Source of the DNA: a virus
Lineage: Duplodnaviria > Caudoviricetes
Direction: 5' to 3' (one strand)
DNA length: 39,345 nucleotides
Virus record (IMG/VR): IMGVR_UViG_3300027732_001882
Span: 1 to 39,345 of that record
Below are positions 1 through 9,813 of the stretch, in pieces. The notes under the pieces were generated by a model. The model saw only the letters and a program-made list of their open reading frames with translations. It was not told the DNA's origin and ran no database searches. The position numbers were made by a program, and so were the translations under genes. Every line of letters starts with the position of its first letter. The first letter of the stretch is position 1.

Positions 1-479
1 GTCCAGGGCAATACTTCGCCTGAAAATCCGTGTGCTTTTAATTCGGCAACCATTGAATCTGTTGTGGTTAGAACCCGGCCACTATGCTTGTGAAACCAGC
101 GTACAAAGCGCCAAGTAATCCATTCAGGAACTCCAAATAGCTTTCTGAGCCCTTCAGGAAACTTAGTGTGATAAGCGGTATTGTGGCGAATATCAGCCAC
201 TGAAAGGTATGCTCGAGCCCACAGACCAAGAGGACCCTCTGTGGCGATATGGATATAATCCGGATTGATCTCCTCAATCTTCGCGCCCAGGTTGCGCGGA
301 TAGGCAATCTTGACTTCGTTGTAGCCAGGGCAATCAATGTAGCTGAACCACCCGGGATGAAGCACCACAAAGTTATAACCATCCAAAATCGCATGTGCCT
401 CAATATTTGTGTAGGTCGTAACCACGCCATTTATTTGCTCCGGTAAGTTGTCAGTAATGATTAGGATCTTTTTTCGCAT
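1..479 (-). CDS. GT4-family glycosyltransferase (Agt-like glycolipid synthase), runs off the window edge
   Basis: Not in the ORF track. Translated by hand from ATG 479: MRKKILIITDNLPEQINGVVTT...IHIATEGPLG...YHTKFPE...W. These are typical GT4/Agt-like motifs. Confidence 0.85.
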   Translation of the reverse strand, partial: MRKKILIITDNLPEQINGVVTTYTNIEAHAILDGYNFVVLHPGWFSYIDCPGYNEVKIAYPRNLGAKIEEINPDYIHIATEGPLGLWARAYLSVADIRHNTAYHTKFPEGLRKLFGVPEWITWRFVRWFHKHSGRVLTTTDSMVAELKAHGFSGEVLPW

Positions 480-634
480 TTTGCTTCTACTTTAAAGCTC
501 TTGAACTTTAACTGCCACTTGATTGTTGCCAGTGCTTGCTGACAACTTTTTTGATCTGGAAACTGTATCTCTACTCTTCCTGGTTGATCCATTGGATCTG
601 TCAGGTGAACTGCTATTAATATCATCAGCCACAT
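461..634 (-). CDS. 57-aa small protein with hydrophobic N-terminus, overlapping the plcP-like 3' tail
   Basis: AGGAG RBS, then ATG 634. MWLMILIAVHLTDPMDQPGRVEIQFPDQKSCQQALATIKWQLKFKSFKVEAKCEKRS*. Confidence 0.65.
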   Translation of the reverse strand: MWLMILIAVHLTDPMDQPGRVEIQFPDQKSCQQALATIKWQLKFKSFKVEAKCEKRS

Positions 635-1388
635 TGTCTTTCTCCTGTGTCCAAATTATGATTTCCCAGTGGCCATCATGGTGTTCAACTAGTGCTGTAC
701 AACTCTCAACCCAATCTCCATCATTCATATATATGATGCCATTGATGTCTTTGATTTCCGCATGGTGAATATGGCCGCAAATGACTCCGTCATATCCACG
801 CTTCTTACAGTATGCCGCTAGATTTCTTTCAAAGTGAAAGATAAAATCAACTGCTTTCTTTACTCTTGCTTTGAGATACTGACTAAGACTAAAGTACCCA
901 AAACCAAAACGATGACGTATCCAATTGTATTTGCTATTAAGCGATAAAATGATATCATATGCCTTGTCTCCTAAAAATGCTATCCACGGCGCCAATCTTG
1001 TGATACCGTCAAACAGGTCTCCATGAACAACAAGATAATGCTTGCCGTCAGCACCTATATGTTCTATTTGATTGTGTATTTCTACTAGACCAAAACTGAA
1101 TCCATATGGTATCATGGGTCTTAAAAACTCATCATGGTTGCCGGCTATGAACACTACTCGAGTACCACGCTTGGCATGCCCCAGCACTCTACGAACCACA
1201 TTGGTGTGGCTTTGTTGCCAGCGCCAGCGATTTTGTTGTATTTTCCATGCGTCGATAATATCTCCTACAAGATATAGTGTATTGCATGAGTTGTGTTTAA
1301 GGAAGTTGTTCAGCTGTCCAGCTTTACAATCTCTAGTGCCCAAGTGTACATCACTAATGAAAATTGAACGATAAGTTTTGGCTGTCAT
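492..1388 (-). CDS. plcP: LpxH/PlcP-like metallophosphoesterase (probable phospholipase C)
   Basis: SDVHLG, GDIID, GNHD, HGD and GHIH motifs plus NDGDWVES; adjacent to a GT4 gene. Confidence 0.8.
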   Translation of the reverse strand: MTAKTYRSIFISDVHLGTRDCKAGQLNNFLKHNSCNTLYLVGDIIDAWKIQQNRWRWQQSHTNVVRRVLGHAKRGTRVVFIAGNHDEFLRPMIPYGFSFGLVEIHNQIEHIGADGKHYLVVHGDLFDGITRLAPWIAFLGDKAYDIILSLNSKYNWIRHRFGFGYFSLSQYLKARVKKAVDFIFHFERNLAAYCKKRGYDGVICGHIHHAEIKDINGIIYMNDGDWVESCTALVEHHDGHWEIIIWTQEKDNVADDINSSSPDRSNGSTRKSRDTVSRSKKLSASTGNNQVAVKVQEL

Positions 1389-1462
1389 ACCATTACTTAT
1401 CGCCCAATTGTAGATTTTTGTGTTACTGTTTTGTTACACTAATTTATCTATATAAATAGATC

Positions 1463-2104
1463 ATGAAGCCCACTGTAGCACTATTTTTAGCTGATCCAAA
1501 GTGTTCAGTGCAAAGTGGAAATGGTATAATGAATGCACTTGGGCAGAATTACAATTTTAAAGTGTTTGGAAAAAATGCAGTAGAGGATGTATTTTTCAAC
1601 AATGTTGATATGATTGCAGTACCTGGTGGCATAGGTGATGCCAGCAGTTTTGAAAACCTATTCCAGCACAACGGTAAACGAGTTCAGCAATTTGTAAAAG
1701 ATGGCGGGCGGTATCTAGGAATTTGTATGGGTGCATACTGGGCTGGTAAGCACTATCTTAATATCTTAAAAGACATTGATGCAGTACAATACATGACTCG
1801 TCCAGACGCTGATACCCGTAGACCACACGCCAAGAACATTTCCGTTGAGTGGTTGGGGCAACCAATGACCATGTTCTGGTATGATGGCTGTGCCATAGTT
1901 GGTACAGGCTATCACAAAACCATTGCCCGGTATGCCAACGGTGATGCCATGGCAATAGTACAAAACCGTATTGGCCTAATTGGCGGTCATCCAGAAAGCG
2001 AACAGTTCTGGTATGACGGGTACAGTTGGATGAAGGGCAAGTACCACAGAGGTACTCACCATCAACTGCTGTTAGAGTTTGCCGATCAACTCATGCTCGC
2101 TTAG
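1463..2104 (+). CDS. BPL_N / class I glutamine amidotransferase-like protein
   Basis: [13 protein letters not shown] and GHPE motifs. Confidence 0.75.
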   Translation: MKPTVALFLADPKCSVQSGNGIMNALGQNYNFKVFGKNAVEDVFFNNVDMIAVPGGIGDASSFENLFQHNGKRVQQFVKDGGRYLGICMGAYWAGKHYLNILKDIDAVQYMTRPDADTRRPHAKNISVEWLGQPMTMFWYDGCAIVGTGYHKTIARYANGDAMAIVQNRIGLIGGHPESEQFWYDGYSWMKGKYHRGTHHQLLLEFADQLMLA

Positions 2105-2681
2105 TCATAATACCGTCAGCAAGTCCATATGCAACTGCTTCCTGGGCACTTAGGAAAGTGTCACGATCCATGTCATGTTCAAACTGTGCATAGGTCTTGC
2201 CTGCTGTGTTATGATCAACATAAAGCTGTGTAAGCACACGCTTCATCTTGGTAATTTCTTTGTATTGAATTTCAATATCACTTACCATGCCACGAGCACC
2301 ACCACTTGGTTGGTGTATCATTGTGCGACTGTACGGCAGAACAAACCGCTTGCCTTTGGCCCCTGATTGTGCTAAGAATGAACCCATACTGCAAGCCTGA
2401 CCCATTACAATGGTGCTGACATCACTTTTGATATATTGCATGGTATCATAAATTGCCATACCACTGGTGATACTGCCGCCTGGGCTGTTTACAAAAAGTG
2501 TAATGTCTTTCTCCGGATTCTCTGCTTCAAGATAAAGCAACTGTGCCACAATTAGATTGGCCATCTGATCATGCACTTCGCCTTCCAGCAATACAATGCG
2601 CTCTTTGAGCAAGCGACTGTAGATGTCATATGCTCGCTCACCGTTGCCGGTCTTTTCAATGACCATTGGTACTAGACTCAT
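2091..2681 (-). CDS. clpP: ATP-dependent Clp protease proteolytic subunit
   Basis: [31 protein letters not shown] and DRD motifs. Confidence 0.97.
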   Translation of the reverse strand: MSLVPMVIEKTGNGERAYDIYSRLLKERIVLLEGEVHDQMANLIVAQLLYLEAENPEKDITLFVNSPGGSITSGMAIYDTMQYIKSDVSTIVMGQACSMGSFLAQSGAKGKRFVLPYSRTMIHQPSGGARGMVSDIEIQYKEITKMKRVLTQLYVDHNTAGKTYAQFEHDMDRDTFLSAQEAVAYGLADGIMTKRA

Positions 2682-2690
2682 AATTTTCCT

Positions 2691-3404
2691 TTATAGATAA
2701 CTTGTATTTTCTTTTAACTTACCGAGCATGTCGTCAATTGGATAAAGCTCTGGGTACAAGCCCCTCCATGGATTCAAATGCACACGCCACATTGTATTCA
2801 CTCTACAATTTGCTTTCAGCCAATGTTTCTGCACAAAGTTCCAATAGAAGTACATGGCCAGTCCTGGATTGATTGTGGGCCAATTTGTTACAGGATCAAC
2901 CCAGCGTCTAATTTCAAAACCTTCCTTGTACAGATTGTTTCTTAGAGTCTGCTGATTTGTTGATGTACGAACAACATTTTCTTTAATTTTTAATTCTGCG
3001 CCAGGAATCAAGTTGCTAAATGCTTGTGACAGTACTTCAGTACTGCGCCAACATTCCACATAGTCAATGCTGTCTGCAATTGGGTTATGTACTTTTACAC
3101 GCCAGATCATATTTCCATTGTCTCGGCTGGTGTTGATTAACTCATTATGCGGATCCCAATGTTCTTGCATATACGCTGTACGCTTACGCAAATTTAATCC
3201 GGCCTTGCCTTTTTCTTGATCAGATTTTGCGGCAAAGTAATTGCCAACAAAGTCTTTATTGTTTTCAGTATGCTTGCACCAAATATATCGTAAGGCCCAT
3301 GGTCCTGCTCCATCAGGTACAATCAACGGTGCCATTTTAACACCGTCATATCTAGTCCATTGTGGCTCTGCTGGAACTGATAGACTTCCATCATTAAAGT
3401 ACAT
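2691..3404 (-). CDS. hypothetical protein
   Basis: 237-aa ORF with an AGGAG RBS. Confidence 0.75.
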   Translation of the reverse strand: MYFNDGSLSVPAEPQWTRYDGVKMAPLIVPDGAGPWALRYIWCKHTENNKDFVGNYFAAKSDQEKGKAGLNLRKRTAYMQEHWDPHNELINTSRDNGNMIWRVKVHNPIADSIDYVECWRSTEVLSQAFSNLIPGAELKIKENVVRTSTNQQTLRNNLYKEGFEIRRWVDPVTNWPTINPGLAMYFYWNFVQKHWLKANCRVNTMWRVHLNPWRGLYPELYPIDDMLGKLKENTSYL

Positions 3405-3426
3405 GCATGATCTCCTGTTGTATTAA

Positions 3427-3684
3427 TTATGGATACTCTGGGCTGGTGTTTTCGCCAAAGTGCCAAATAAAACAGCCCTGTTCTTTGTCCCAGTCAACAT
3501 CAACTGTATACAGTGGAACTTCCCAATGTGTCAGTACCGCATTTGCCATTATGATCAAGGAGTTGGGATATTCTTTGAATGGATCTAGTCCATTGTACCA
3601 TGCAGTAGAAAAGTTATCCCAATCCGCAGGATCGAGATAACTTAAAAGGGTTTCACGGTCGGTAATTTCATTTAACTTTTGCAT
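3427..3684 (-). CDS. hypothetical protein
   Basis: 85-aa ORF in a minus-strand gene run. Confidence 0.65.
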   Translation of the reverse strand: MQKLNEITDRETLLSYLDPADWDNFSTAWYNGLDPFKEYPNSLIIMANAVLTHWEVPLYTVDVDWDKEQGCFIWHFGENTSPEYP

Positions 3685-3709
3685 TCAACTAGTATAGCTG
3701 AATTGTCAG

Positions 3710-4042
3710 TCAATTGCAACGAGTTTCTTCTCTTAATGTCTGCCCTTGTTCATTTTGAATGATGTAACGAACACAGTTGGATTGTACCATTGGCGTTGGT
3801 GGCGTGTAGTACACTGGAGGTGGTGGAGCAAAGTACACAGGAGGTGGTGCGTAATACGGCTCGTAATAATTGCGAGTAAATCCATAACCAATCACACCAC
3901 CAATGATTGCTGGGGCAATCCAATGTCCGCCATGTCCGCCATGTCCGCCATGTCCACGATGACGATTGCCATGACCATGATGTTGCGCCATGGCAGAGCC
4001 GGCAGTTAGTGTCAACAATAAAATTGCAATTAGCTTTTTCAT
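3710..4042 (-). CDS. secreted His/Gly- and Pro-rich protein
   Basis: Signal peptide (AMA), GHG repeats and YxxPPP repeats. Confidence 0.75.
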   Translation of the reverse strand: MKKLIAILLLTLTAGSAMAQHHGHGNRHRGHGGHGGHGGHWIAPAIIGGVIGYGFTRNYYEPYYAPPPVYFAPPPPVYYTPPTPMVQSNCVRYIIQNEQGQTLREETRCN

Positions 4043-4054
4043 AACAAGTGTCCT

Positions 4055-4375
4055 TTAGACTCTAAAACTCTCACCGCAACCACAGCGGTCTTTTTCATTG
4101 GGGTTGATGAATTCAAATCCTTCATTTAGCCCTTTGCGTACATAGTCCACAGTCAATCCGTTTAGATATACGCTACTCTTTGGATCCATAAAAATCATAC
4201 AGCCTTCACAGTCAAAACATTGATCCCCTGTGGCCTGACTGTCTACATATTCTAACACATAAGCAAGCCCAGAGCAACCGGTAGTTTTCACTCCAAGTCT
4301 AATACCTAGACCCCGGCCTCTGCGGCTCATCATACTTTGAACCTTAAGCTTTGCTGGCTCAGTTAGCTGGATCAC
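4055..4375 (-). CDS. iscA: A-type Fe-S cluster carrier IscA
   Basis: TGCSGLAY and C-terminal CGCGESF; GTGA overlap with iscU. Confidence 0.95.
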   Translation of the reverse strand: MIQLTEPAKLKVQSMMSRRGRGLGIRLGVKTTGCSGLAYVLEYVDSQATGDQCFDCEGCMIFMDPKSSVYLNGLTVDYVRKGLNEGFEFINPNEKDRCGCGESFRV

Positions 4376-4755
4376 TTGTGGTTCTCTTTGTAGTTTGCTA
4401 CTGCGGCCTTGATAGCATCTTCTGCAAGAATGCTACAATGTATCTTAACGGGTGGAAGCGACAACTCTGTGGCGATTTCACTGTTTTTAATACTGCCTGC
4501 TTGGTCAATATGCATGCCTTTGACCCATTCTGTAACAAGACTACTCGATGCAATCGCAGATCCGCATCCATATGTTTTGAATTTTGCATCTTGAATAATT
4601 CCTGTAGCAGGATCAACTTTGATCTGCAATTTCATCACGTCACCGCAAGCAGGTGCGCCAACCATACCAGTACCAATACTAAGATCACTCTTATCAAAAG
4701 ATCCGACGTTCCGGGGATTTTCATAGTGGTCGATTACTTTCTCTGAATATGCCAT
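4372..4755 (-). CDS. iscU: Fe-S cluster scaffold IscU
   Basis: [35 protein letters not shown] and LPPVKIHCS; start reassigned to ATG 4755. Confidence 0.97.
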   Translation of the reverse strand: MAYSEKVIDHYENPRNVGSFDKSDLSIGTGMVGAPACGDVMKLQIKVDPATGIIQDAKFKTYGCGSAIASSSLVTEWVKGMHIDQAGSIKNSEIATELSLPPVKIHCSILAEDAIKAAVANYKENHK

Positions 4756-4756
4756 A

Positions 4757-4870
4757 TTATTTCCTAAACATGCCCAACACTTTTGCCTGCATTGCTTTGG
4801 CAAAATCAGGTTGTGGAAAATTCCACCCCACAAACGCACCTACTGCAAACCAAAATAAAGTTTCTAACAT
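4757..4870 (-). CDS. 37-aa small membrane protein
   Basis: AAGGAGG RBS. MLETLFWFAVGAFVGWNFPQPDFAKAMQAKVLGMFRK*. Confidence 0.7.
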   Translation of the reverse strand: MLETLFWFAVGAFVGWNFPQPDFAKAMQAKVLGMFRK

Positions 4871-5107
4871 AACACATCCTCCTTAGGGTATAGGCATATA
4901 TTTACCTACTTTTATAAGGAAAATGAGGCCTTTCAGCCCCATTTTTCTTTGTACTTTGCCATAGCTAGTTGACGTGCAAGCCATAATCTAAATTTTACAT
5001 AGTCTGATAAGTCATCTTCAACTAACTCACCAAACTTTGCACTTTGTCGATTACGACCATATGTGACCTCATAGTAGACGATGAGGTCACTGTCTTCTAG
5101 ATCAAGT

Positions 5108-5341
5108 TTACTTCGCTGGAGTAACGGCTGGCTTTGCGTCTGCTTTAGGTGCGTCTTTCTTAGCAGGTTCGCTTTTGACAGGCTTCTTTTCGTCCTTCTT
5201 AACTTCGGCTTTGGCTGGAGCAGGTGCTGAAGCTGTTGCGGCAGGTACAGCTGGCTTGGCTTCTTCTTTCTTGGCGGCAGGTGCTTGTGCAAATGCAGTA
5301 GCGGCAAACAAGGTTGCGATTAGGGCGGATACTAGTTTCAT
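5108..5341 (-). CDS. secreted Pro/Ala/Lys-rich low-complexity protein
   Basis: Signal peptide ending AFA, then PAK-rich repeats. Confidence 0.8.
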   Translation of the reverse strand: MKLVSALIATLFAATAFAQAPAAKKEEAKPAVPAATASAPAPAKAEVKKDEKKPVKSEPAKKDAPKADAKPAVTPAK

Positions 5342-5406
5342 AAAATACCTTTAAAGTTATATACAAACATTATTGTCTGTATACATATATAACGCTTTGA
5401 CTGACA

Positions 5407-5661
5407 CTATAGTTGACACAATCCGGACAATTTAAGTAAAATTTCTGTTTCTTCTTCAACTTCGGCCCAGACATCCACTGTGATACTGTGCGGTAGCATA
5501 GGTCCATTGGTCCAATGCATTTTATCTGTTGTGATACCAAACTGCTCGACTACCTGCCGACCGTCAGGCTTCTGCGTCCACTCCCATACAGCGGCCGCGG
5601 CGTATATTTCAACATCTTCTGGATCACCCAATGATAAGTTTTTTAATAACACCCGTTTCAA
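5407..5661 (-). CDS. hypothetical protein
   Basis: 84-aa ORF, TTG start. Confidence 0.6.
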   Translation of the reverse strand: MKRVLLKNLSLGDPEDVEIYAAAAVWEWTQKPDGRQVVEQFGITTDKMHWTNGPMLPHSITVDVWAEVEEETEILLKLSGLCQL

Positions 5662-5673
5662 AATAAATAATCC

Positions 5674-5853
5674 ATGTTAATCAAATCAGAAGAAACTGAA
5701 AAGCAAAGACGACTTGGTGTTTGCAATACCTGCGAACATCGTCATCCTGCCACTGATGTATGCAAACAATGTTGGTGCTACTTGCCCTGGAAGGCTGGAC
5801 TTAAACACAGTAGATGTCCACTGGGCAAGTGGAGTGTGGTCTACAATCCATAA
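5674..5853 (+). CDS. 59-aa Cys-rich protein (CxxC...CxxCxC...CPxGKW, DUF6171-like)
   Basis: MLIKSEETEKQRRLGVCNTCEHRHPATDVCKQCWCYLPWKAGLKHSRCPLGKWSVVYNP*; ATAAATA just upstream. Confidence 0.75.
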   Translation: MLIKSEETEKQRRLGVCNTCEHRHPATDVCKQCWCYLPWKAGLKHSRCPLGKWSVVYNP

Positions 5854-6164
5854 ACACTATCGCATTCAATCAACATCTTGGCCATGGCCAAGTCTTCTCT
5901 ATTCTTAAAAGCCACTGCAATGCCAATGGTATTGCCACCACGCATTGGATCTAGAAACTGTTGCTGTGCCACATTGATAATATCAATTTGATGTTCTTCT
6001 AACTGTTGCCGAACCTCGGCAACGGCCGCTCGTATATCCCGTTGGATGGTTGTGTATTCATTGCCTGTCACATCCTCATAGAAGTAAAACTTCTTGTACA
6101 CCATCCAATAGTGTGACTGTTCTTCAGTCCACTTTCTATCAAAATTGTTTATTGCTTTTGCCAT
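5841..6164 (-). CDS. hypothetical protein
   Basis: 107-aa ORF coupled to the upstream gene. Confidence 0.7.
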   Translation of the reverse strand: MAKAINNFDRKWTEEQSHYWMVYKKFYFYEDVTGNEYTTIQRDIRAAVAEVRQQLEEHQIDIINVAQQQFLDPMRGGNTIGIAVAFKNREDLAMAKMLIECDSVYGL

Positions 6165-7306
6165 CTTTGAAAGAGCCTGTAAATCTCATCCATGTAATCT
6201 TCGCGACTACTTGTAACTACAATGATTCGTTCGGTTACTGGATCAATGCCAACACGCTGGCCGCCGAAACCAACCCACCAATAACTGGCTTTTTGCCCCC
6301 ATTGTTCGGGCATGATCCATGTTTGGTATCCGTATCCCTTAAACGCCTTGCCGGCTTCGCCGTTTGAATTAGGCAATTGTTCCGTTGTGGCCTCTTTCAT
6401 AAAATTGCTGATACACTTGTCTTTGGACTTTAACTGTTTGATTGAAAACATGGCCAGGCGGCCCCAGTCTTTGCTTGTTGCACTAAACCCTGCCTGTGAC
6501 ACGGCTGTACGATCTTTATCAATTAGCCAATGGCCAGGACCCTGGCTACCAATCTGTGACCAAATATGCTTATTAAAATTATCAATAAATCCGCCATTGT
6601 GTTCAGCAATGTTTGATAGACTCAATGTATCAGTTCCATTGTAAGCGAACCTGGTGCCGCTGGGCACAGGCTTACCCCAAGCGGTATCTCTATCTGGATC
6701 ATGCTTAATTAAGTCGAGTCCCGACATAATACCGGCTCGTTGTAGTTGCCATCCATCGCAATCTCTGCCATGTTTACATGTACCTGGTTGTTTATAAATT
6801 AAATTTCCTGCGTATACGGCCTTACGAACACCACTGCTCATTGTCAGCAAATTTTTCACTGTTGCTTCGCCATATACTGTGCCTTTGAGGTCCGGCGAAT
6901 ATGTCTGTGCTGGCTTATTAAGATCCGGTATCTTTCCATCACATGTCATGGCGCCGATGGTATACGCAGTCAAACTCTTACTCATGGACCACGAAAAGTT
7001 CAGTGATTGTGGACTTGCTGGTGCCTTGTATTTTTCAAACACTAGCTGGCCCTTTTCTATCATCACAATAGACAAGGATGCATTACGATCAAACATAGAT
7101 TCTGCTTGATTAATAATATCTTTGTCTGATTCTGTCAATGCCTTGTTAACTAACAGATTAGGTTGATCCGATGCAGGTAAACGAAAGTTGGGAAATCGAA
7201 GTGCATTTCCGCCGGTTGCATTATGTGGATCTACTTCAGATGGAGCACATAAGACTATTTCAGCCGAAAGACACAGCGCCAGAGCAATCAGTGATTTCTT
7301 AAACAT
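6149..7306 (-). CDS. secreted serine hydrolase, class C beta-lactamase/transpeptidase-like family
   Basis: Signal peptide, SMSK (SxxK), LLTMSSG, FAYN and GFGGQ motifs. Confidence 0.85.
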   Translation of the reverse strand: MFKKSLIALALCLSAEIVLCAPSEVDPHNATGGNALRFPNFRLPASDQPNLLVNKALTESDKDIINQAESMFDRNASLSIVMIEKGQLVFEKYKAPASPQSLNFSWSMSKSLTAYTIGAMTCDGKIPDLNKPAQTYSPDLKGTVYGEATVKNLLTMSSGVRKAVYAGNLIYKQPGTCKHGRDCDGWQLQRAGIMSGLDLIKHDPDRDTAWGKPVPSGTRFAYNGTDTLSLSNIAEHNGGFIDNFNKHIWSQIGSQGPGHWLIDKDRTAVSQAGFSATSKDWGRLAMFSIKQLKSKDKCISNFMKEATTEQLPNSNGEAGKAFKGYGYQTWIMPEQWGQKASYWWVGFGGQRVGIDPVTERIIVVTSSREDYMDEIYRLFQRWQKQ

Positions 7307-7363
7307 GATCCACCTAACAATTAGTTACTAACAGGATTAGTGTAACACACTAAAGTCATTTGG

Positions 7364-7612
7364 TCAACCGTGTTTGCTGATTAAGCGGGCCAAGCCACTG
7401 ATTATAAATGAAACAACCACTGCCCAAGTGCCTTGCCAGATCCAAAACATAATTGGATCAACATTGTAGTACGACAGTACCAGCAGTTCAGTTCCAATGG
7501 CCAATGATATCAAGCCTGCAACCAAAGTCGCTCCAGCTAACATGAAGGCCCTCTCGATTATTTTTCGTTCTGCTTCCAGGTTACGCATTTTCTCGATCTC
7601 GGTACTGCACAA
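7364..7612 (-). CDS. small membrane protein (start uncertain)
   Basis: Two hydrophobic segments. Confidence 0.6.
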   Translation of the reverse strand: MCSTEIEKMRNLEAERKIIERAFMLAGATLVAGLISLAIGTELLVLSYYNVDPIMFWIWQGTWAVVVSFIISGLARLISKHG

Positions 7613-7790
7613 TATAACTGGCTTTTGGAAACGCCAGACGCAACGACTTGTCTAGCTTGCGTTCTAACTCTTCTCTGCGATTGGCTAAAATCTCGTGCTG
7701 AGAATCGGTGTTGTTGGATTGCTGAGTTTTCCATCGACCAATCCATTTGCCGTTTTCTTTGGCAACCCCAACATTAATGTGAACTATCAT
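7581..7790 (-). CDS. hypothetical protein
   Basis: Likely start at ATG 7790 after GGGAG. Confidence 0.55.
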   Translation of the reverse strand: MIVHINVGVAKENGKWIGRWKTQQSNNTDSQHEILANRREELERKLDKSLRLAFPKASYIVQYRDRENA

Positions 7791-7865
7791 AAAACTCCCA
7801 AGTGAATAATAAAGTATAACTATCTTCGCTGTGTATGTCAACCTATTTATAAACTAAATATCAAC

Positions 7866-8531
7866 ATGACTCCGTTCTTAACTGTACCGTTTGCACTGAA
7901 TCCTATAAATTTTGCCAGGCTGAAACAATTTCTTGCGCCAATTGTATTAGATTATCAATTGACAGCGCCACTCAATAACGGATTGTTGCATTTCGATGAT
8001 GTGCAATCAAACAGATTGATAACAAGTGAAGCATGGAAAGAGATTGTTAATACAATGAGCAGTTATGGAATTGGTGATCCGGCACCGCAATTGTTTGTTT
8101 ATAAACGATTGTCAAAACCCAAAGAAGTAATTTTAGGTAACCCACATATTGATACTACAGGGCCTGGTGGAGTTGCAAAAGAAACACCAATTCGATTCAA
8201 TATATTAATCACCGGAGAAGATGACACTGAAATGGTCTGGTGGGATATAGACTGGCGTGATCATCGAGTTGAAACTGTACAGTTTCCCAACCAACGCAAT
8301 GAATTGGTAGGAAGAATGCAAGCCTGCGGCAAAAGTTTGGAAGATCAATGGAACCTGCTTGGTGAGCCACTGGTTAGAGCAAATAATTTAACCAAGATAC
8401 AACAACATGCCAGCTTTGTTAGAACTGATAGACTTCATGCTTTAAACTGGACTGGCGTACGGCCCAGGGTAATTTTAAGTGTCAGGTCGTGCCAGCCGTG
8501 GAATTCAATTATTCCGACCAATCAATTTTAA
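7866..8531 (+). CDS. HxD...H cupin/Fe(II) oxygenase-like protein
   Basis: PHID...RFNI...LHAL...RVILS pattern shared with paralogues in this window. Confidence 0.6.
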   Translation: MTPFLTVPFALNPINFARLKQFLAPIVLDYQLTAPLNNGLLHFDDVQSNRLITSEAWKEIVNTMSSYGIGDPAPQLFVYKRLSKPKEVILGNPHIDTTGPGGVAKETPIRFNILITGEDDTEMVWWDIDWRDHRVETVQFPNQRNELVGRMQACGKSLEDQWNLLGEPLVRANNLTKIQQHASFVRTDRLHALNWTGVRPRVILSVRSCQPWNSIIPTNQF

Positions 8532-9813
8532 AATTGTTTAAATGGTGTTGAATGTAGTCCTTGACGTCTGGACTATCAATTGACAGCAATTCGTAATCGG
8601 TGGTGATACCAAATCTAGCCGATGGTCTACCATTTGGTAAATTCGCATCTACTTCCTGATGCAATGCTAAATTTGCCATACTTTCTAATTTCAATTTAAA
8701 ACTACGATACCATTCGTTTTTATCAAAGTCGTAAATGTAATCTCTGGCCGCTTGTTTATATGTTGCTGGACCACCCAAAATCTTTTGCCCATTGTTGTTG
8801 TTGTTCATTGACCAATGTTGGTACAATGCATCATTAAACCAGTTCTCTATGGTATGAATTGCCGTCCTTGGTTCCAGTACATCATTATAATACAATGCTC
8901 CCCGAACACCGCAGTTTAGCATTTTTACATTAAAGATTAACCACCAGAAGAAATCGTGTAGGCTGTTGACTGGCAGGCCAGCTGTTTTACAATTCAAATC
9001 AAACTTGTCATACAGCTTTCTTCCAAATGTCAAGTCAGGATTTTCTTGTGGTAAATTTGGATACCTGGTATCTGGTTGAAGATTAAGATAACCAATTAAC
9101 AAATCTTTAAACTTAGAGTAGTGCAAGTCTGGATCGCTGAACCTATGAATATTATTTGCTAGGAAAGTTGTAGACTCTTGGCTTAAATTATATTTCTTTG
9201 CCATACTATTCCAGTTATGGTATATGTTTAAACCAAATACAGTTCCAAATAAACAATCGCCATCATCTGCGGTAACTGGAGTGTAACCTGCTTCAATTAA
9301 ATTATTATACTTTGTTGAAATAGAATCAATAATTTCAAAATTGCCGTAAATGTGATTCTTCCAAAGTGTTGGATTTTCAACTAACGCAACTGCACTTGTA
9401 CATACACTGACATTTTTTAATTCTTCTTTGGTTAAATTTTTCATCAATGCAATTAGCACAACTGTACTGTCAATTCCACCTGAGTACATGATTGCAAATT
9501 TTTCATTCTTTTCTTGTATTCGTTTAGCAAAGCTGTTGGCCACTAAATCAGAAACATCTGAGAAGCTTAGTTTAAAAGTTGGATCATAATCTACCATTGC
9601 ATATTTTGGAATCATTGGCTGAGGCCACGGAGTAGTCCATATGCTTGCATTTCTAGAAACATGTCTATTTGGGTTTAGACGTCTGCCCATGTCAATTGCA
9701 AACTTGCCGCTCACACTTGTTTCATTGTATATTGTATTCCAGAAGTCGTTTGAATATCCATTAAAGTTGATTGAACTAAAATATAACTGATCAGTTGTCA
9801 GTAGCTTGCTCAT
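8509..9813 (-). CDS. PP-loop ATP pyrophosphatase (asparagine synthetase C-terminal-like)
   Basis: YSGGIDS PP-loop and TADDGDCLFG. Confidence 0.7.
   Translation of the reverse strand: MSKLLTTDQLYFSSINFNGYSNDFWNTIYNETSVSGKFAIDMGRRLNPNRHVSRNASIWTTPWPQPMIPKYAMVDYDPTFKLSFSDVSDLVANSFAKRIQEKNEKFAIMYSGGIDSTVVLIALMKNLTKEELKNVSVCTSAVALVENPTLWKNHIYGNFEIIDSISTKYNNLIEAGYTPVTADDGDCLFGTVFGLNIYHNWNSMAKKYNLSQESTTFLANNIHRFSDPDLHYSKFKDLLIGYLNLQPDTRYPNLPQENPDLTFGRKLYDKFDLNCKTAGLPVNSLHDFFWWLIFNVKMLNCGVRGALYYNDVLEPRTAIHTIENWFNDALYQHWSMNNNNNGQKILGGPATYKQAARDYIYDFDKNEWYRSFKLKLESMANLALHQEVDANLPNGRPSARFGITTDYELLSIDSPDVKDYIQHHLNNFKIDWSE

Noticed and set aside
68-446. Track ORFs 68-430(-) and 249-446(+)
   Set aside because: They are alternative frames of the glycosyltransferase gene at 1-479.
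3921-3957. 9-bp tandem repeat CATGTCCGC
   Set aside because: It encodes GHG repeats within a protein and is neither CRISPR nor a regulatory repeat.
6149-7306. Calling this gene an antibiotic-resistance beta-lactamase
   Set aside because: The motifs support only the broad serine-hydrolase family, many members of which are esterases or amidases.
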